Origin: Antedon mediterranea
Lineage: Eukaryota; Animalia; Echinodermata
Length of the DNA: 64,000 nucleotides
Direction of reading: 5' to 3'
Assembly (NCBI RefSeq): GCF_964355755.1
Contig: NC_092677.1
Location: 16,018,101 to 16,082,100 of the forward strand
The first letter of the stretch is position 1. Every line of letters starts with the position of its first letter. Both the position numbers and the translations under genes were made by a program. Shown piece after piece: positions 37,753 through 50,050 of the stretch. The notes beneath the pieces were generated by a model. The model was not told where the DNA came from. It searched no databases and saw only the letters and a list, made by a program, of their open reading frames with translations.

Positions 37753-38890
37753 TGAGTAAGAATCCAAATAATTCAACATGTATGTGATGATGCAAAACCT
37801 CGATGGGTTGTTTTCAGCGGTAATTCATTTAATCTTTTATTTCGGAATCTCTGGTCTGATCCATAGAAAGTAAAATTACATATAAATGAATTAAAAAAAT
37901 AAACAAGACTATAGGCCTACAAATACTACTACTCACCTCAATATACTTTTGTAGAAATGTATATACATATTATTTTAAATTGCTAGAACAGTGTCACATT
38001 TTAGCCAAAAAATCAGTACATATTCTGAAGAAAAAAGTCACCGATAAAATAGACGCTTATGAATTAAAATTACTTTTCTGATGCATATATTTAGTGTCTG
38101 ATACTTACATAATGACAAAAGTCATTATGTAGGCCTACGGAATGAAATAATGGATTTTTCCCAACTATAAGGAATATAACAATAATAAAACACCGAAGCA
38201 GTTAATAATAAAAAAATAATATGAAAATATGATGTGTTTCAAAAATTGAAATAATGACTTGGTGTTTCATTATGAAACATCAAAGTTTAGTACATTTCAT
38301 ATAAATAATGAAATAGGGTTTTGAATTGTTTAGCATAAGCAGCTGAAACAGTCCAATGGGAAGAGACAAGTCATTTTAAATCTTTAAGAGATTTAAATGT
38401 TCTTGTTTGTAACTTATTTTTAAGTTAAGTTATTAAAATAACTTGAATTTTGTACACATTGTTAATTACAAACCAGCTGAACATTTACAATCAGCTCTGT
38501 ATATTATTTCATCGTCTTATAACCGTCATCCCGAATCTCTTACTTTTAAACATTTAATTTCAAAGAATGATATGTCAAAATTCTCACCCGTTTTGTTAGA
38601 CTATGTAGGCCTAATTCGCTGCAACATGAATGTTCTCTTGTTTGCGATGAGTGTTTAGATTATTTCAGTGAAAACTCAAGAATTTGTTCCATAATAATAA
38701 TTTTGTTTCCCTTTTGAATGAAACATATAGTATGTTTGTTTTATTTGCTTTGAAAGCTTTTTACTGTAGACCTTATAGTCTACTTGTTTGTTTTAAAAAG
38801 CTACACGTCCTTCGGGCGACAAGTGGGGTTTCAACTTTTGTGCGAGCCGGCATGCAAAATGAATAAAATTAAAATAAAATGATTTTGTAT

Positions 38891-41131
38891 AGTGTCTAAG
38901 TCATAATTTTTTTTCTGCCTAACTCACTGCTTATATCATTATACTGCCCTCTGTACATTATCTGAGTGCTTTTATATACATTTGCACATGCTCAGATCGT
39001 TTTTTGTGTTTCTGCCTAAGTAAGCTATTTGACTTACGCAATTAGGGAGAGGAGACTCGTGATTTTTTAAATAATATAAGAAATACATTTTTATAGTATA
39101 TTTTTTAACCCATTTGTTACAAATTTTTTCTCTTTTATTGCTACTTTCCTTTTCTAAAATCATCAGTGTTAATTTTAATCTGAAGAGCTAATGCTATTAA
39201 ATTTTGTTACATAAAGGTAACATTTTTTGTATATAGATGATATCGACAGCCTCATAACAAAAGTGTCTAAGTCATAATTTGTGTTTTGTTTTTCTGCCTA
39301 ACTCACTGCTTATATCAATATACTATATTTTTTGTGTTTCTGCCTAAGTCAGCTGTGTGACTTAGGCAATTAAGGAGAGCTGACTTATGATCTGCCTAAC
39401 TCACTGCACATGCTCAGATCGTTTTTTGTGTTTGTGCCTAAGTCAGCTGTGTGACTTAGGCAATTAAGGAGAGGAGACTGATGATTTTTAAAATAAAATA
39501 AGAAATACATTTTTATAGTATATTTTTTAACCCATTTGTTACAAATTCTTTCGCTTTTATTGCTACTTTCCTTTTCTAAAACCATCAGTGTTAATTTTAA
39601 TCTGAAGAGCTGATGCTATTAAATTTTGTTACTTAAGGGTAGCATTTTTTGTATACAGATGATATCGACAGCCTCATAACAAAAGTGTCTAAGTCATAAT
39701 TTTTCTTTTGTTTTTCTGCCTAACTCACTGCTTATATCAATATACTATATTTTTTGTGTTTCTGCCTAAGTCAGCTGTGTGACTTAGGCAATTAAGGAGA
39801 GCTGACTTATGATCTGCCTAACTCACTGCTTATATCATTATACTGCCCTCTATACATTATCTGAGTGCTTTTATATACATTTGCACATGCTCAGATCGTT
39901 GTTTGTGTTTCTGCCTAAGTCAGCTGTGGGACTTAGGCAATTAAGGAGAGGAGACTCATGATTTTTTAAATAAAATAAGAAATACAGTTTTATAGTATAT
40001 TTTTTAACCCATTTGTTACAAATTCTTTCTCTTTTATTGCTACTTTCCTTTTCTAAAATCATCAGTGTTAATTTTAATCTGAAGAGCTAATGCTATTAAA
40101 TTTTGTTACTTAAAGGTAGCATTTTTTGTATATAGATGATATCGACAGCCTCCTAACAAAAGTGTCTAAGTCATATTTTTGTTTTTGTTTTTCTGCCTAA
40201 CTCACTGCTTATATCAATATACTATATTTGTTGTGTTTCTGCCCAAGTCAGCTGTGTGACTTAGGCAATTAAGGAGAGCTGACTTCTGATCTGCCTAACT
40301 CACTGCTTATATCAATATACTATATTTGTTGTGTTTCTGCCCAAGTCAGCTGTGTGACTTAGGCAATTAAGGAGAGCTGACTTATGATCTGCCTAACTCA
40401 CTGCTTATATCTTTATACTGCCCTCTGTACATTATCTGAGTGCTTTTATATACATTTGCACATGCTCAGATCGTTTTTTTTTTGTGTTTCTGCCTAAGTC
40501 AGCTGTGTGACTTAGGCAATTAAGGAGAGGAGACTCATGATTTTTTAAATAAAATAAGAAATACATTTTTATAGTATATTTTTTAACCCATTTGTTACAA
40601 ATTCTTTCTCTTTTATTGCTACTTTCCTTTTCTAAAATCATCAGTGTTAATTTTAATCTGAAGAGCTGATGCTATTAAATTTTGTTACTTAAAGGTAGCA
40701 TTTTTTGTATATAGATGATATCGACAGCCTCATAACAAAAGTGTCTAATAATTCATAATTTTTGTTTTGTTTTTCTGCCTAACTCACTGCTTATATCAAT
40801 ATACTATATTTTTTGTGTTTCTGCCTAAGTCAGCTGTGTGACTTAGGCAATTAAGGAGAGCTGACTTATCATCTGCCTAACTCACTGCTTATATCAGTAT
40901 ACTATATTTTTTGTGTTTCTGCCTAAGTCAGCTATGTGACTTAGGCAATTAAGGAGAGCTGACTTATGATCTGCCTAACTCACTGCTTATATCATTATAC
41001 TGCCCTCTGTACATTATCTGAGTGCTTTTATATACATTTGCACATGCTCAGATCATTTTTTGTATTTGCAATTAAGGAGAGGAGACTCATGATTTTTTTA
41101 ATAAAATAAGAAATACATTTTTATAGTATAT
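38891..41131. repeat. Compound tandem array: ~370-bp core plus a variable number of 98-bp modules
   Basis: Unit starts (agtgtctaa...cata) at ~38891, 39262, 39684, 40161 and 40740. The 98-bp module has period 40192/40290/40388 and contains the hairpin tgcctaagtca-N6-tgacttaggca. Confidence 0.9.
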
Positions 41132-41337
41132 TTTTAGTCACGTGGACGCGACTCTATAGTTCACTATGTCGGTCGGTCGGTCGGTCTGTCGGTCTGTCGG
41201 TCCGGTATCACTATGCGTTTTATCGCTTTTCTGTACCTTTTGAACTGTTTGTACAGAAAAGTTTTAAAGTACATTACTTTTTGAAAGTTCATTTTTTTTT
41301 TCTGAGAGCACGCGACTTATGGCTGTTGGCCTTGTTT
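41132..41337 (+). mobile_element. Internally deleted HINE/DINE-like element (family of 2091-2855)
   Basis: Same 5' block, (GTCG)n, and 3' end cacgcgacttatggctgttggccttgttt. Confidence 0.8.
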
Positions 41338-42191
41338 AAAACCCAACCTAAAATTCGCATCTGGATAGTTGAAATTTAACATTATAATTATCAAAGGTGA
41401 TAATTGTAATTGTTTTCTAAATTGTAGAAATATTAAAATTAGTAAGTAGGCTTTTGTGTGCTAGCTCTGTTTGTATTTCATAATTTTGTTTTGTTGAATT
41501 ACCGTCACGACCGCGTGCATTGCATGTCTCACACTTTGGAAACAATCACCATTGTATGGCTGGTCCTGAAGACTTATATATTTCGTTTCATAATTTCTGG
41601 GGAATAAGCTTTCATTCTTAGCTCTGCCCCAACCCTGGTGAGCTTAACAGGAGACTTAATATTTAATTTCATATTTCAATAAATATTTTTTCAAAATTGT
41701 CTTTGCTCAGCCCCAATCACGGTGGGGTAGTGAAGACACTTATATATCATGTTTCAGACTACTATAGGTGTCATTTCTGGGGACCTTGTAGTTATTTTAA
41801 ACAGTTTGGTATGCCGTGCGTTGTTATGCAAATTAGTTTGTGCAGGTGTAATGGGGAATATGGCATTGTTAGTCATTCGCGGGGAACACGCCACAAAATG
41901 AAATTTAAAAGTTAAATTTTGATTTTGTTAATCTTTATTAGAAATTCAAATCATGTAAAGATACAATTTTTACGGGCGGGAACCTAGAAGTTCCCCTCCT
42001 TTAGTTTGCAAAAGTAATCTTGAAAAGAACCCCATGCGGAAAAGAAGCTTACCCGTTGAAAAGAAGCCCACCGTACCCAAGAGTACTAAAAAAATGAGCA
42101 ACACATGGACTCTTTTTGGGGTTTTATGGTGTCTATTTTATGGAAAAGTGAATGCCATACAAAATTTAAAAAAAAAAACAATAAAAAAAGT

Positions 42192-42260
42192 ATCCGTCGA
42201 GGTTCGAACCCTAGCTGATAGCACTCAAAACTGAGCATTACCCGTTGCACCACAAACTGA
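42192..42260 (-). ncRNA. Degenerate tRNA-like Pol III unit
   Basis: Minus strand A box TGGTGCAACGG, B box GGTTCGAACC, immediate T-run, and TATAAATA ~28 bp upstream. Confidence 0.4.
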
Positions 42261-42357
42261 AACATGACTAAACAGCTGATAATAGTCTATTTATACATGT
42301 ATTACGTAATTCATCATTACGTCATAAATATCCTATTAACCTTGCTAAAACCAAAAT

Positions 42358-42614
42358 GATCAGTTAGCTCAGTCGTCTGAGCGTCGTGTTAACACACGTA
42401 TGTCGTGGGTTCGATTCCCACGCTGGTCGGTGGAATAGAGTTAAGGCTATGCGAGCCACTGTGTTTGGGGTTCACAGATCATACGTCCCCCTTTCCACCA
42501 CACATCATGAGGCGACAACATCAATGCATCTGGTGATGTGGTGGAAACGACCCCAAAAGGCTGTGGCAGGGCCTTAGTGCTGAGGCAGGGAGAGCACATT
42601 TACCATCTTTTTTT
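42358..42614 (+). ncRNA. Putative tRNA-headed structured Pol III RNA (~255 nt)
   Basis: tRNA head 42358-42429 (TAGCTCAGTCG, GGTTCGATTCC, GATCAGT/GCTGGTC stem), nested long hairpin 42442-42576, T7 at 42608-42614. Second copy at 46463-46748. Confidence 0.45.
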
Positions 42615-43982
42615 GGCTTTCGCCAACTGTTTTGATTGTATAAATTTTATGTTTAGCGCCCTCAATTTATTTTAATGTTAAAAAAGGGAATTTATTCTCT
42701 TCGTTACGTGTTTAGAAGAGAATTAATTTTATCTTATCGTAGTTTGGTATGCCGTCCGTTTGTTATGCAAATGAGTGTGCACATGTGCTTTAGGAAAGAT
42801 GGTATTGTTAGTTTCGCGATCAACACACAACACTGTTCAATTTTTATTTTGTAAATCTTTTACATTAGAATTGTAATTCTACCATTACACATTATAGTGT
42901 ATTTTTAAATATCCGTTCCATGCAAGATATTGTATGCCTACTTATATGTTGTGAATAAAAGTTTATGGCAGAATAAATAAATAAATAAATAAATATGTTT
43001 TAAGCAGATCTTCGAAATTGAAGCATATATGAATTCGAGTTTTTTAAAACCAAACCTAAAATTCGCATCTGGATAGTTGAAATTTAAAATTATAATTATC
43101 AAAGGTGATATGATAAATCTAATTGTTTTCTACATTATAGAAATATTAAAATTACTAAGTAGGCTTTTGTGTGCTAGCTCTGTTTGTATTTCATAATTTT
43201 TTGTTGTTGAATTACCATCACGCCGCGTGCATTGCATGTCTCACAGTTGGGAAACAATCACCATTGTATGGCTGGTCCTGAAGACTTTTATATTTCGTTT
43301 CATAATTTCCGGGGACTAAGCTTTCATTCTTAGCTCTGCCCCAACCATGGTGAGCTTAACAGGAGACTTAATATTTAATTTCATATTTCAATAAATATTT
43401 TTTCAAAATTGTCTTTGCTCAGCCCCAACCACGGTGGGGTAGTGAAGACTCTTATATATCATGTTTCAAAATACTATAGGTGTCATTTCTGGGAACCTTG
43501 TAGTTATTTTAAACAGTTTGGTATGCCGTGCGTTGTTATGCAAATGAGTTTGTGCAGGTGTAATGGGGAATATGGCATTGTTAGTCATTCGCGGTGAACA
43601 CGCCACAAAATGAGTTTAATTTTGAATTTGTTAATCTTTATTAGAAATTCAAATCATGTAAAGATACAGTTTTCCGGGCGGGAACCTAGAAGCTCCCCTC
43701 CTTTAGTTTGCAAAAGTAATCTTGAAAAGAACCCCATGCGGAAAAGAAGCTTACCCGTTGAAAAGAAGCCATCGTACCCAAAAGTACTAAAAAATGAGGA
43801 ACATTCGGGGTGTTATGGTGTCTATTTAATGGAAAAATGAATGCCATACACTTTTGTTTAGGATTTAAGGTCCACTTGCTTAGGCCTGACACTTTTAACC
43901 CTCCAAATATCTCTCTTTAAAAAAAAAACAATATTCATTAAAAAAAATATCCGTAGAGGTTCAAATCCCAGTTGATACCACT

Positions 43983-46172
43983 AATAATGCTCCACAAATA
44001 ATTCTAGGAGACTTCAACAAATGCACTTTGAAGGATGTGCTACCTACTTATGAACAAGCAATCTCTGTAGAAACAAGAGGCAGTGCTACACTGGACTTAT
44101 GCTACTGCAATGTGAAAAATGCATATACAAGCAAAATCTGTTCAAAACTTGGAAATTCTGATCATAACAATATACATATTATGCCAAAATACAAGATAAA
44201 ATTAAAACAGTCAAAACCAGTAGTTATACAACAGCAGTTGTGGAGTACAGAGGTGGTTGAAAAGTTACGTGGCTGTCTAGCATGTACTGATTGGGATATT
44301 ATGCTTGATGTTGATGATACTCTTGATGTAAGAGTATCTACAATCTCAGCATACATATCCTTTTGTGTTGATATGGTTATACCTAAAGTAACAAAAAAGA
44401 TATATGCAAATGAAAAACCATGGATCTCTAACCAACTAAGGAAACTGTTACAAGATAAGCGTATAGCGCATAGAGGAAAAGATACTCCTAAAGTCAAGGA
44501 AATTCAAAAGGAAATAAACAAGTGTATAAGAAATAGTAAACTGAAATACAAAAAAACACTAGAAAATAAATTTAAAGACAAAAATCCTAAAGCAGCATGG
44601 AAAGCAATTAAAACACTAACCGGCTACAAAGAAACCATATTGCGTGTACATGGAAGTGAGAACTTCGCTAATGACTTAAACAACTTTTTCTGTCGTTTTG
44701 AATCCGAGATATTAGTTACCAAAAATGAAAATGAAGACACAGAAATCCGCGAAAATGAGACTTCATTAGTAAACAATGCAGTCATAAATGTAGTTGATGT
44801 GCGTAATGTATTCGCCAAAGTAAAGCCTGGTAAAAGTACTGGCCCTGATGGAATTGGAAATCGTGTTATTAATTACTGCAACCAAGAGTTGGCACCGATA
44901 TATACCAAACTTTTTAATGAGAGTTTAGCAAGTGGTACAGTGCCCAATCAATGGAAAACGGCCTGTATCTCACCCATTCCTAAGATAAAAAATCCCAAGG
45001 AACTTAATGACTATAGGCCAATAGCTATCACATCCAATGTTGGTAAGTGCCTAGAAAAGATTGTACTTAGGCAGTTGCTTGATCAGACCAAATTGTTTCT
45101 CGATCCTCTCCAATTTGCCTATCAGAGTAATAGAAGTGTTGAAGATGCTGTGCTCTTCCACTTACATAATATTTACCAACATTTAGATGTGCCTAAATCG
45201 TATGTAAGATGTTTGTATATAGATTTTTCTAGTGCTTTTAATACCGTTGAACCTGGTTCATTAGTACGCAAACTTAAAGAAATGAACGTAAACGACACAT
45301 TGACTTCATGGATATATAATTTCTTAACAAAAAGGTTCCAGTATGTTAAACTAAACGGTATTTTATCTGATAAAAGAACTGTTAGCATTGGCACGCCACA
45401 AGGGTCTGTTATCTCCCCAATGTTGTTTTCACTGTTCACCAGCAGTTTCAGAGCCAATTCAAATGAATGTTGTATTGTAAAATATGCAGATGACACAGTC
45501 ATCACTGGATACATTACTGGCAATGATGAAACAAGCTATAGACAACTAGGATGTGATTTTTATCACTGGTGCTGCAATAACAACCTGAAACTAAACATAA
45601 AGAAAACAAAAGAAATGCAAATTGATTTTAGGAAAATTAAAGAACCCTTAGAACCTCTGATTATAAATGAAAATGAGATTGAAGTAGTAAATGAGTACAA
45701 ATATCTGGGTTGTATAATTGACAATAAGCTAAATTGGATAAATAATGTAAATAAAGCCACATGCAAAGCCAACCAAAGGATGTTTATTTTAAGAAAAATG
45801 AAGTACCTACAAATTGACAAAACTATACTTAAATTGTTTTATAACTCTGTAATTCTCAGTGTAATACTTTTTTGTAATGTTTGTTTTTATGGTAATACAA
45901 TGCAAAAAGATAAAATTAAACTTAATCGAATAGGAAATAGAGCAATTAGACTAGTAGGAGAGCACTTACCTGATGTTGAATCCTTGTATAAAGAAAATGT
46001 GTTAAAAAAAGTAAAAAGTATCATTGATGATGAAACACATCCTCTTCACAAACAATTTGCTCTCATGAATTCTGGCATAAGACTACATGCACTTAATACC
46101 AAAACAAAACGGTTTAGGTGCTCGTTTGTACCTAATGCTCTACACTTATATAACTCCAGAGTACAAAGGTAA
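43983..46172 (+). CDS. LINE ORF2 (partial APE endonuclease + reverse transcriptase), open but 5'-truncated
   Basis: ILGDFN, LDLCY, LGNSDH, STGPDGI, LNDYRPIAITS, LDPLQFAY, YIDFSSAFNT, GTPQGSVISP, KYADD, YKYLG and HPLH...SG...RFRCSFVP motifs, with no stops over >700 codons. Confidence 0.9.
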   Translation, partial: NNAPQIILGDFNKCTLKDVLPTYEQAISVETRGSATLDLCYCNVKNAYTSKICSKLGNSDHNNIHIMPKYKIKLKQSKPVVIQQQLWSTEVVEKLRGCLACTDWDIMLDVDDTLDVRVSTISAYISFCVDMVIPKVTKKIYANEKPWISNQLRKLLQDKRIAHRGKDTPKVKEIQKEINKCIRNSKLKYKKTLENKFKDKNPKAAWKAIKTLTGYKETILRVHGSENFANDLNNFFCRFESEILVTKNENEDTEIRENETSLVNNAVINVVDVRNVFAKVKPGKSTGPDGIGNRVINYCNQELAPIYTKLFNESLASGTVPNQWKTACISPIPKIKNPKELNDYRPIAITSNVGKCLEKIVLRQLLDQTKLFLDPLQFAYQSNRSVEDAVLFHLHNIYQHLDVPKSYVRCLYIDFSSAFNTVEPGSLVRKLKEMNVNDTLTSWIYNFLTKRFQYVKLNGILSDKRTVSIGTPQGSVISPMLFSLFTSSFRANSNECCIVKYADDTVITGYITGNDETSYRQLGCDFYHWCCNNNLKLNIKKTKEMQIDFRKIKEPLEPLIINENEIEVVNEYKYLGCIIDNKLNWINNVNKATCKANQRMFILRKMKYLQIDKTILKLFYNSVILSVILFCNVCFYGNTMQKDKIKLNRIGNRAIRLVGEHLPDVESLYKENVLKKVKSIIDDETHPLHKQFALMNSGIRLHALNTKTKRFRCSFVPNALHLYNSRVQR

Positions 46173-46330
46173 AATGTAACCGATAATTTTTATCTAATTT
46201 TAACAATTTTTAGCCTCTTAACTTTTTGTGTGTGTTTTTGTAAATTGTATTTTATATTTTTGTATTTTGCCAGTTTTCAAATCACATTTCTGTTTTTTAA
46301 ATGGACAATAAAGTATATATGACTATGACT
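43983..46330 (+). mobile_element. Rex1/Babar-clade LINE, 5'-truncated, with (ATGACT)n tail
   Basis: Inserted into the tRNA-like sequence of unit 2; the flanks rejoin to match unit 1. 3' UTR ends ggacaataaagtatatatgactatgact. Confidence 0.9.
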
Positions 46331-46462
46331 AAAAACTGAGTATTACCCGTTGCACCACAAACTGAAACATGACTGATCAGCTGATAATTGTCTATTTATA
46401 CGTGTATTACGTAATTCATCATTACATCATAAACATCCTATTAACCTTGATAAAACCAAAAT

Positions 46463-46748
46463 GATCAGTTAGCTCAGTCGCCTGAGCGTCGTGTTGACAA
46501 CACGTACGTCGTGGGTTCAATTCCCACGCTGGTCGTGGGTTCAATTCCCACGCTGGTCGGTGGAATAGAGTTAAAGGTATGCGACCACTTTGTTTTGGGG
46601 TTCATAGAATTATACGTCCCCCTTTCCACCACACATCTTGAGAAGGCACTAGCAATGCATCTGGTAATGATGTGGTGGAAAAGAACCCAATGCTGCTGCA
46701 GGGCCTTAGTGCTGAGGCAAGGAGAGCACAATTTTTACTCTTTTTTTT
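46463..46748 (+). ncRNA. Second copy of the tRNA-headed structured RNA, with a 24-bp T-arm duplication
   Basis: Colinear with 42358-42614; gtgggttcaattcccacgctggtc is duplicated; T-run at ~46741. Confidence 0.4.
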
Positions 46749-48189
46749 GGCTTTCGCTACATGTATTTGATCTCGTAAATTTTATGTTTAGCGGCCTCAA
46801 TTTTAATGTAAAAAAGGAATTAATTATCTTCGTTACGCGTTACGTGCTGAGAAGAGAATATATCTCTCATCATAGTTTGGTATGCCGTTCAAATGAGTTT
46901 GTGCAGGTGTAGTGGGAATGATGGTATTGTTAGTCATTCGCGGTCAACGCGCCCCACTGTTAAATTTTGATTTTATTAATCAATGTTGCAACATTGGTAG
47001 CGAAATGTCCGATTCTTCATAGTAGCTGGTGTGTATGGCCACACCTTCCCAGAATAAACATGTTTTAAACAGATAGTTTGTCTCCGATGGTTTTTATATG
47101 GGGTTAATGGAGAGTGAATTAAGATCAAATATAGTCCCCCTTTTTATTTGTATTTATTTATTTTAGGCAAGCCAAAGTTTATGAGCACTTTAATTTCCAT
47201 TAATATTTTGGACAATAAATGAATCTGTATCTGTATCTGTATTTGCAATGATGCCGATTTCAAGACCAATTTCGAAGCTTAGACTTAATCCGCCGCCGGG
47301 CTAGGCCAGAGGCATATCCGAAGTCGAGTTTTTAAAGTAGAAAACCCCACCTAAAATGTTGAAGTCGCATCGGGATAGTTGAAATTTTAACATTATCATA
47401 ATTATAATAGGTGACTATGTATAGTAATAAGTATAAGTAAGTGCCTTTCTGGGCTCTATTTTCATTGCTCTGCCTGAACCATGGATGACTTAATATTTAA
47501 TTTTATATTTCAATTAATAGGTGCACTTTCCGGGGACAAGCTCATATATTGTCCTGGTGAGTCTTATATAGTTTGTTTCATTCAAATCATGTAACGCCAT
47601 TTTTTCGGGCGGGAATCTACTGTATACAGCTCTCTTTTTTCAAAATTGTCTTTGCTCAGCCCCAAGCATGGTGGGGTACTCAAGATTCTTATGCATGTTG
47701 TTTGAAAACATAAAAGATGTAATTTTCGGGTACCTTGTAGCTCTATTTTAAACAGTTTGGTATGTGCGTGCGTTGTTATGCAAATGAGTCTGTGCAGGTG
47801 TATTATGGTAAAGATGGTATGTTAGTCATTCGTGGTCAACACGCCACACCGTTAAATTTTGATCCTGTTAATTATTTACATTAGAAGATTTTTCAAATCA
47901 TGTAAATAAAATATTTTCCGGGCGGGAAGCAGTTCCTCTCGTTTAGTTTGCAAAAGTAATCTCGAAAAGAACTCCATGTGAAAAAGAAGCCCACCCAAGA
48001 GTACTAAAAATGAAGGAGCACATGGGCTTCTTTTCGAGGTTTTATGGCAGTCTATTTAATGGAAAATAATGCCATGCAACTTTGTTTCTGATTTTAAAAA
48101 AAGGTCCACTTGACATTCACAATCTTCAAAATATCTCTCTTTCAAAATAAAAGAAAAACAATATTCATTATTTTCTATTAAAAAAAAAA

Positions 48190-48470
48190 TCCACTGGCGC
48201 CAAATTGGGTCCACTTGAGCACAGTGTATTAACATACGAAAAGATTGAAACTTGAGTGACTTTATTTCTATTTTATATCACTGCTCCCCTGGTACCAAAA
48301 TTGTGTCCACTTGAGCACAGTGTTTTGGGCTATACGAAAAGATATTAAAATCTATTGACTTTATTTCTATTTTATATCACTGTGCTCCACTGGGGCCAAA
48401 TTGGGTCCACTTGAGCACATTGTATTAACATACGAAAAGATATTAAAATTTAGTGACTTTATTTCTATTT
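48190..48470. repeat. ~95-100-bp tandem repeat, 3 copies
   Basis: ccaaattgggtccacttgagcaca...atacgaaaagat...tgactttatttctattt, three times. Confidence 0.8.
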
Positions 48471-48474
48471 AATT

Positions 48475-49200
48475 TTTTTATTAAACCTTATTTTGTAAGG
48501 ATGACCCTAAACAGCATATGCAAAAAACATATATGAAAAATGGATGAACTATGTTCCAAAAATATAAAAATATATAATATATATAATATAACCTAATACT
48601 ATACAAAACGTTGAGTTTTTTCTTTTGGGATTAAATATTTTTTTAGAGCAGACTTAAAATGATTTATTGTTACCGCATTCCTTAGTTTGGTGGGTAGCAA
48701 ATTCAGGTATGTTGGTGCTCTATAGATGAAGCTGTTCTTAAAAGTTTCAGTTTTAGGGAAAGGGACGACAAATTTCCTCTCACTGACACTTCGGGTACAT
48801 CGATGATTTGGAATTCTGGCAAGACGCAGGGCAAGGTATTCCGGAGCAAGACCATTTGTCAGACCTGTAGGCAAGGCAGCCCAGTTGTAGATGCATGCGA
48901 TCTTGGACTGTATGAAGATTTAAGGTGTTGTAAAAATGTTAGTTCGTGGTGTGAGAGGATAATGCGAAGTGCTCTATTTTGAATGGTTGTATTCGGTCAA
49001 TATTCGATCTGATTCCCCAAACACTACATCAATAGTCAATGTGTGGGAGGATTATAGTGTTATAGAGGAGTATGGATGTGTTATTAATGAAATGACCGAG
49101 CACGCGATAAGATGGAGATGGACAGATAGAAACAATATTTCTATTATTGAAGTTAATAAAGGCATAAATGGCGCTCCGTAGAGAAGTAGAGAATGAGTCG
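48475..49200 (-). mobile_element. Degenerate LINE (L2/CR1-group) 3' fragment
   Basis: LYNTIILPHIDY*CSVWG, then NGLAPEYL...PKTETFKNSFIYRAPTYLNLLP...FKSALK, followed by an AT-rich tail. Confidence 0.75.
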
Positions 49201-49222
49201 TCAGAATATATACCTCAGCTTA

Positions 49223-50050
49223 GCCCCTTTCTCACAGAGTTGTGTGCCAGGAATATTGCGGGAATATACCATTACCATGCCGGTATGGTTTTCTGTGAGA
49301 ACGGGTCGTCTTGGCATCATGCCGGCACCATGCCGGCATCGACATGACCTGCTTTAGACCTAGTAATATTCTAGGGATATTCCCCGCAATGCCAGACGGG
49401 CATTCTGTGAGAACGTATCGCCGTTATATTCCGGGGTTCCCCGTCGAGGCTTTGACACCTTGCGCAGTGAAGTGTATCACTTTGGCGCCTATTCAATTCA
49501 ATTAACAATAATAATGTCGAACTGGAGGGATAATGAGATAAGAGAGCTGCTTAAAATAAGGGGACCAGAAGAAATTTGTAGCATAATCTATATAGGCCGC
49601 TAGGCTAGGCCATTAATTAGCTCTTTGTTTGTTGGTGCCTGACCTTTCGTCGCCTTGTAAATTGTAGGCCTACAGCCTTCTAAGGTGTTTTACAGATTGC
49701 CGATGACGGCAAATTAATTGCTATACCTGTATAATATATGCACAATATACTGTACATAGCATGTATTGCATAAATATGCTATAAAGGAAGATAATAATCT
49801 GTAACTAAACATTCGCCGCCATATCATCGCTAGACAAAAATAATAACAATAAAGGACGCCCTCAATAATTATTTTGTCAGAGACTTTTTATTGGCCGAAT
49901 ATGCCCGATTCCTTTCTCACAGAAAGCCGGTATATACCGGTTATATTTCCGGCACGATAGTCCGATGAGAATGGGTATATGCCGGTAACGATACCGGCAC
50001 GACGCCAGCACTGTACCGGTATATTGCAGGCACATCTGTGAGAAAGGGGC
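49223..50050. mobile_element. Non-autonomous Harbinger-type element with Myb/SANT-like remnant
   Basis: TIRs GCCCCTTTCTCACAGA / TCTGTGAGAAAGGGGC flanked by TTA/TCA, internal tgtgagaa and ccgg subrepeats, and MSNWRDNEIRELLKIRG at ~49514. Confidence 0.75.

Larger units (their letters stand above)
41338..48185. repeat. Tandem ~1.7-1.9-kb units (2 complete, 1 truncated/diverged) carrying a divergent pair of tRNA-like sequences
   Basis: Unit marker aaaccc(a)acctaaaat...gcatc(t)ggatagttgaaattt at 41338, 43046 and 47341. Units 1 and 2 are colinear apart from the LINE at 43983-46330. Confidence 0.85.

Noticed and set aside
38972-40641. Four similar 63-69-aa ORFs (MILEKESSNK...) resembling a peptide gene family
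   Set aside because: They arise from the tandem-repeat core; C-termini vary by frameshift; no signal peptide or splice structure.
41697-43892. Repeated short ORFs (MSLLSPNHGG..., MRKRSLPVEKK...)
   Set aside because: Non-ATG starts or frame-breaking indels between units; no recognisable domain.
44162-45820. Minus-strand ORFs within the LINE
   Set aside because: Antisense shadows of the reverse-transcriptase ORF.
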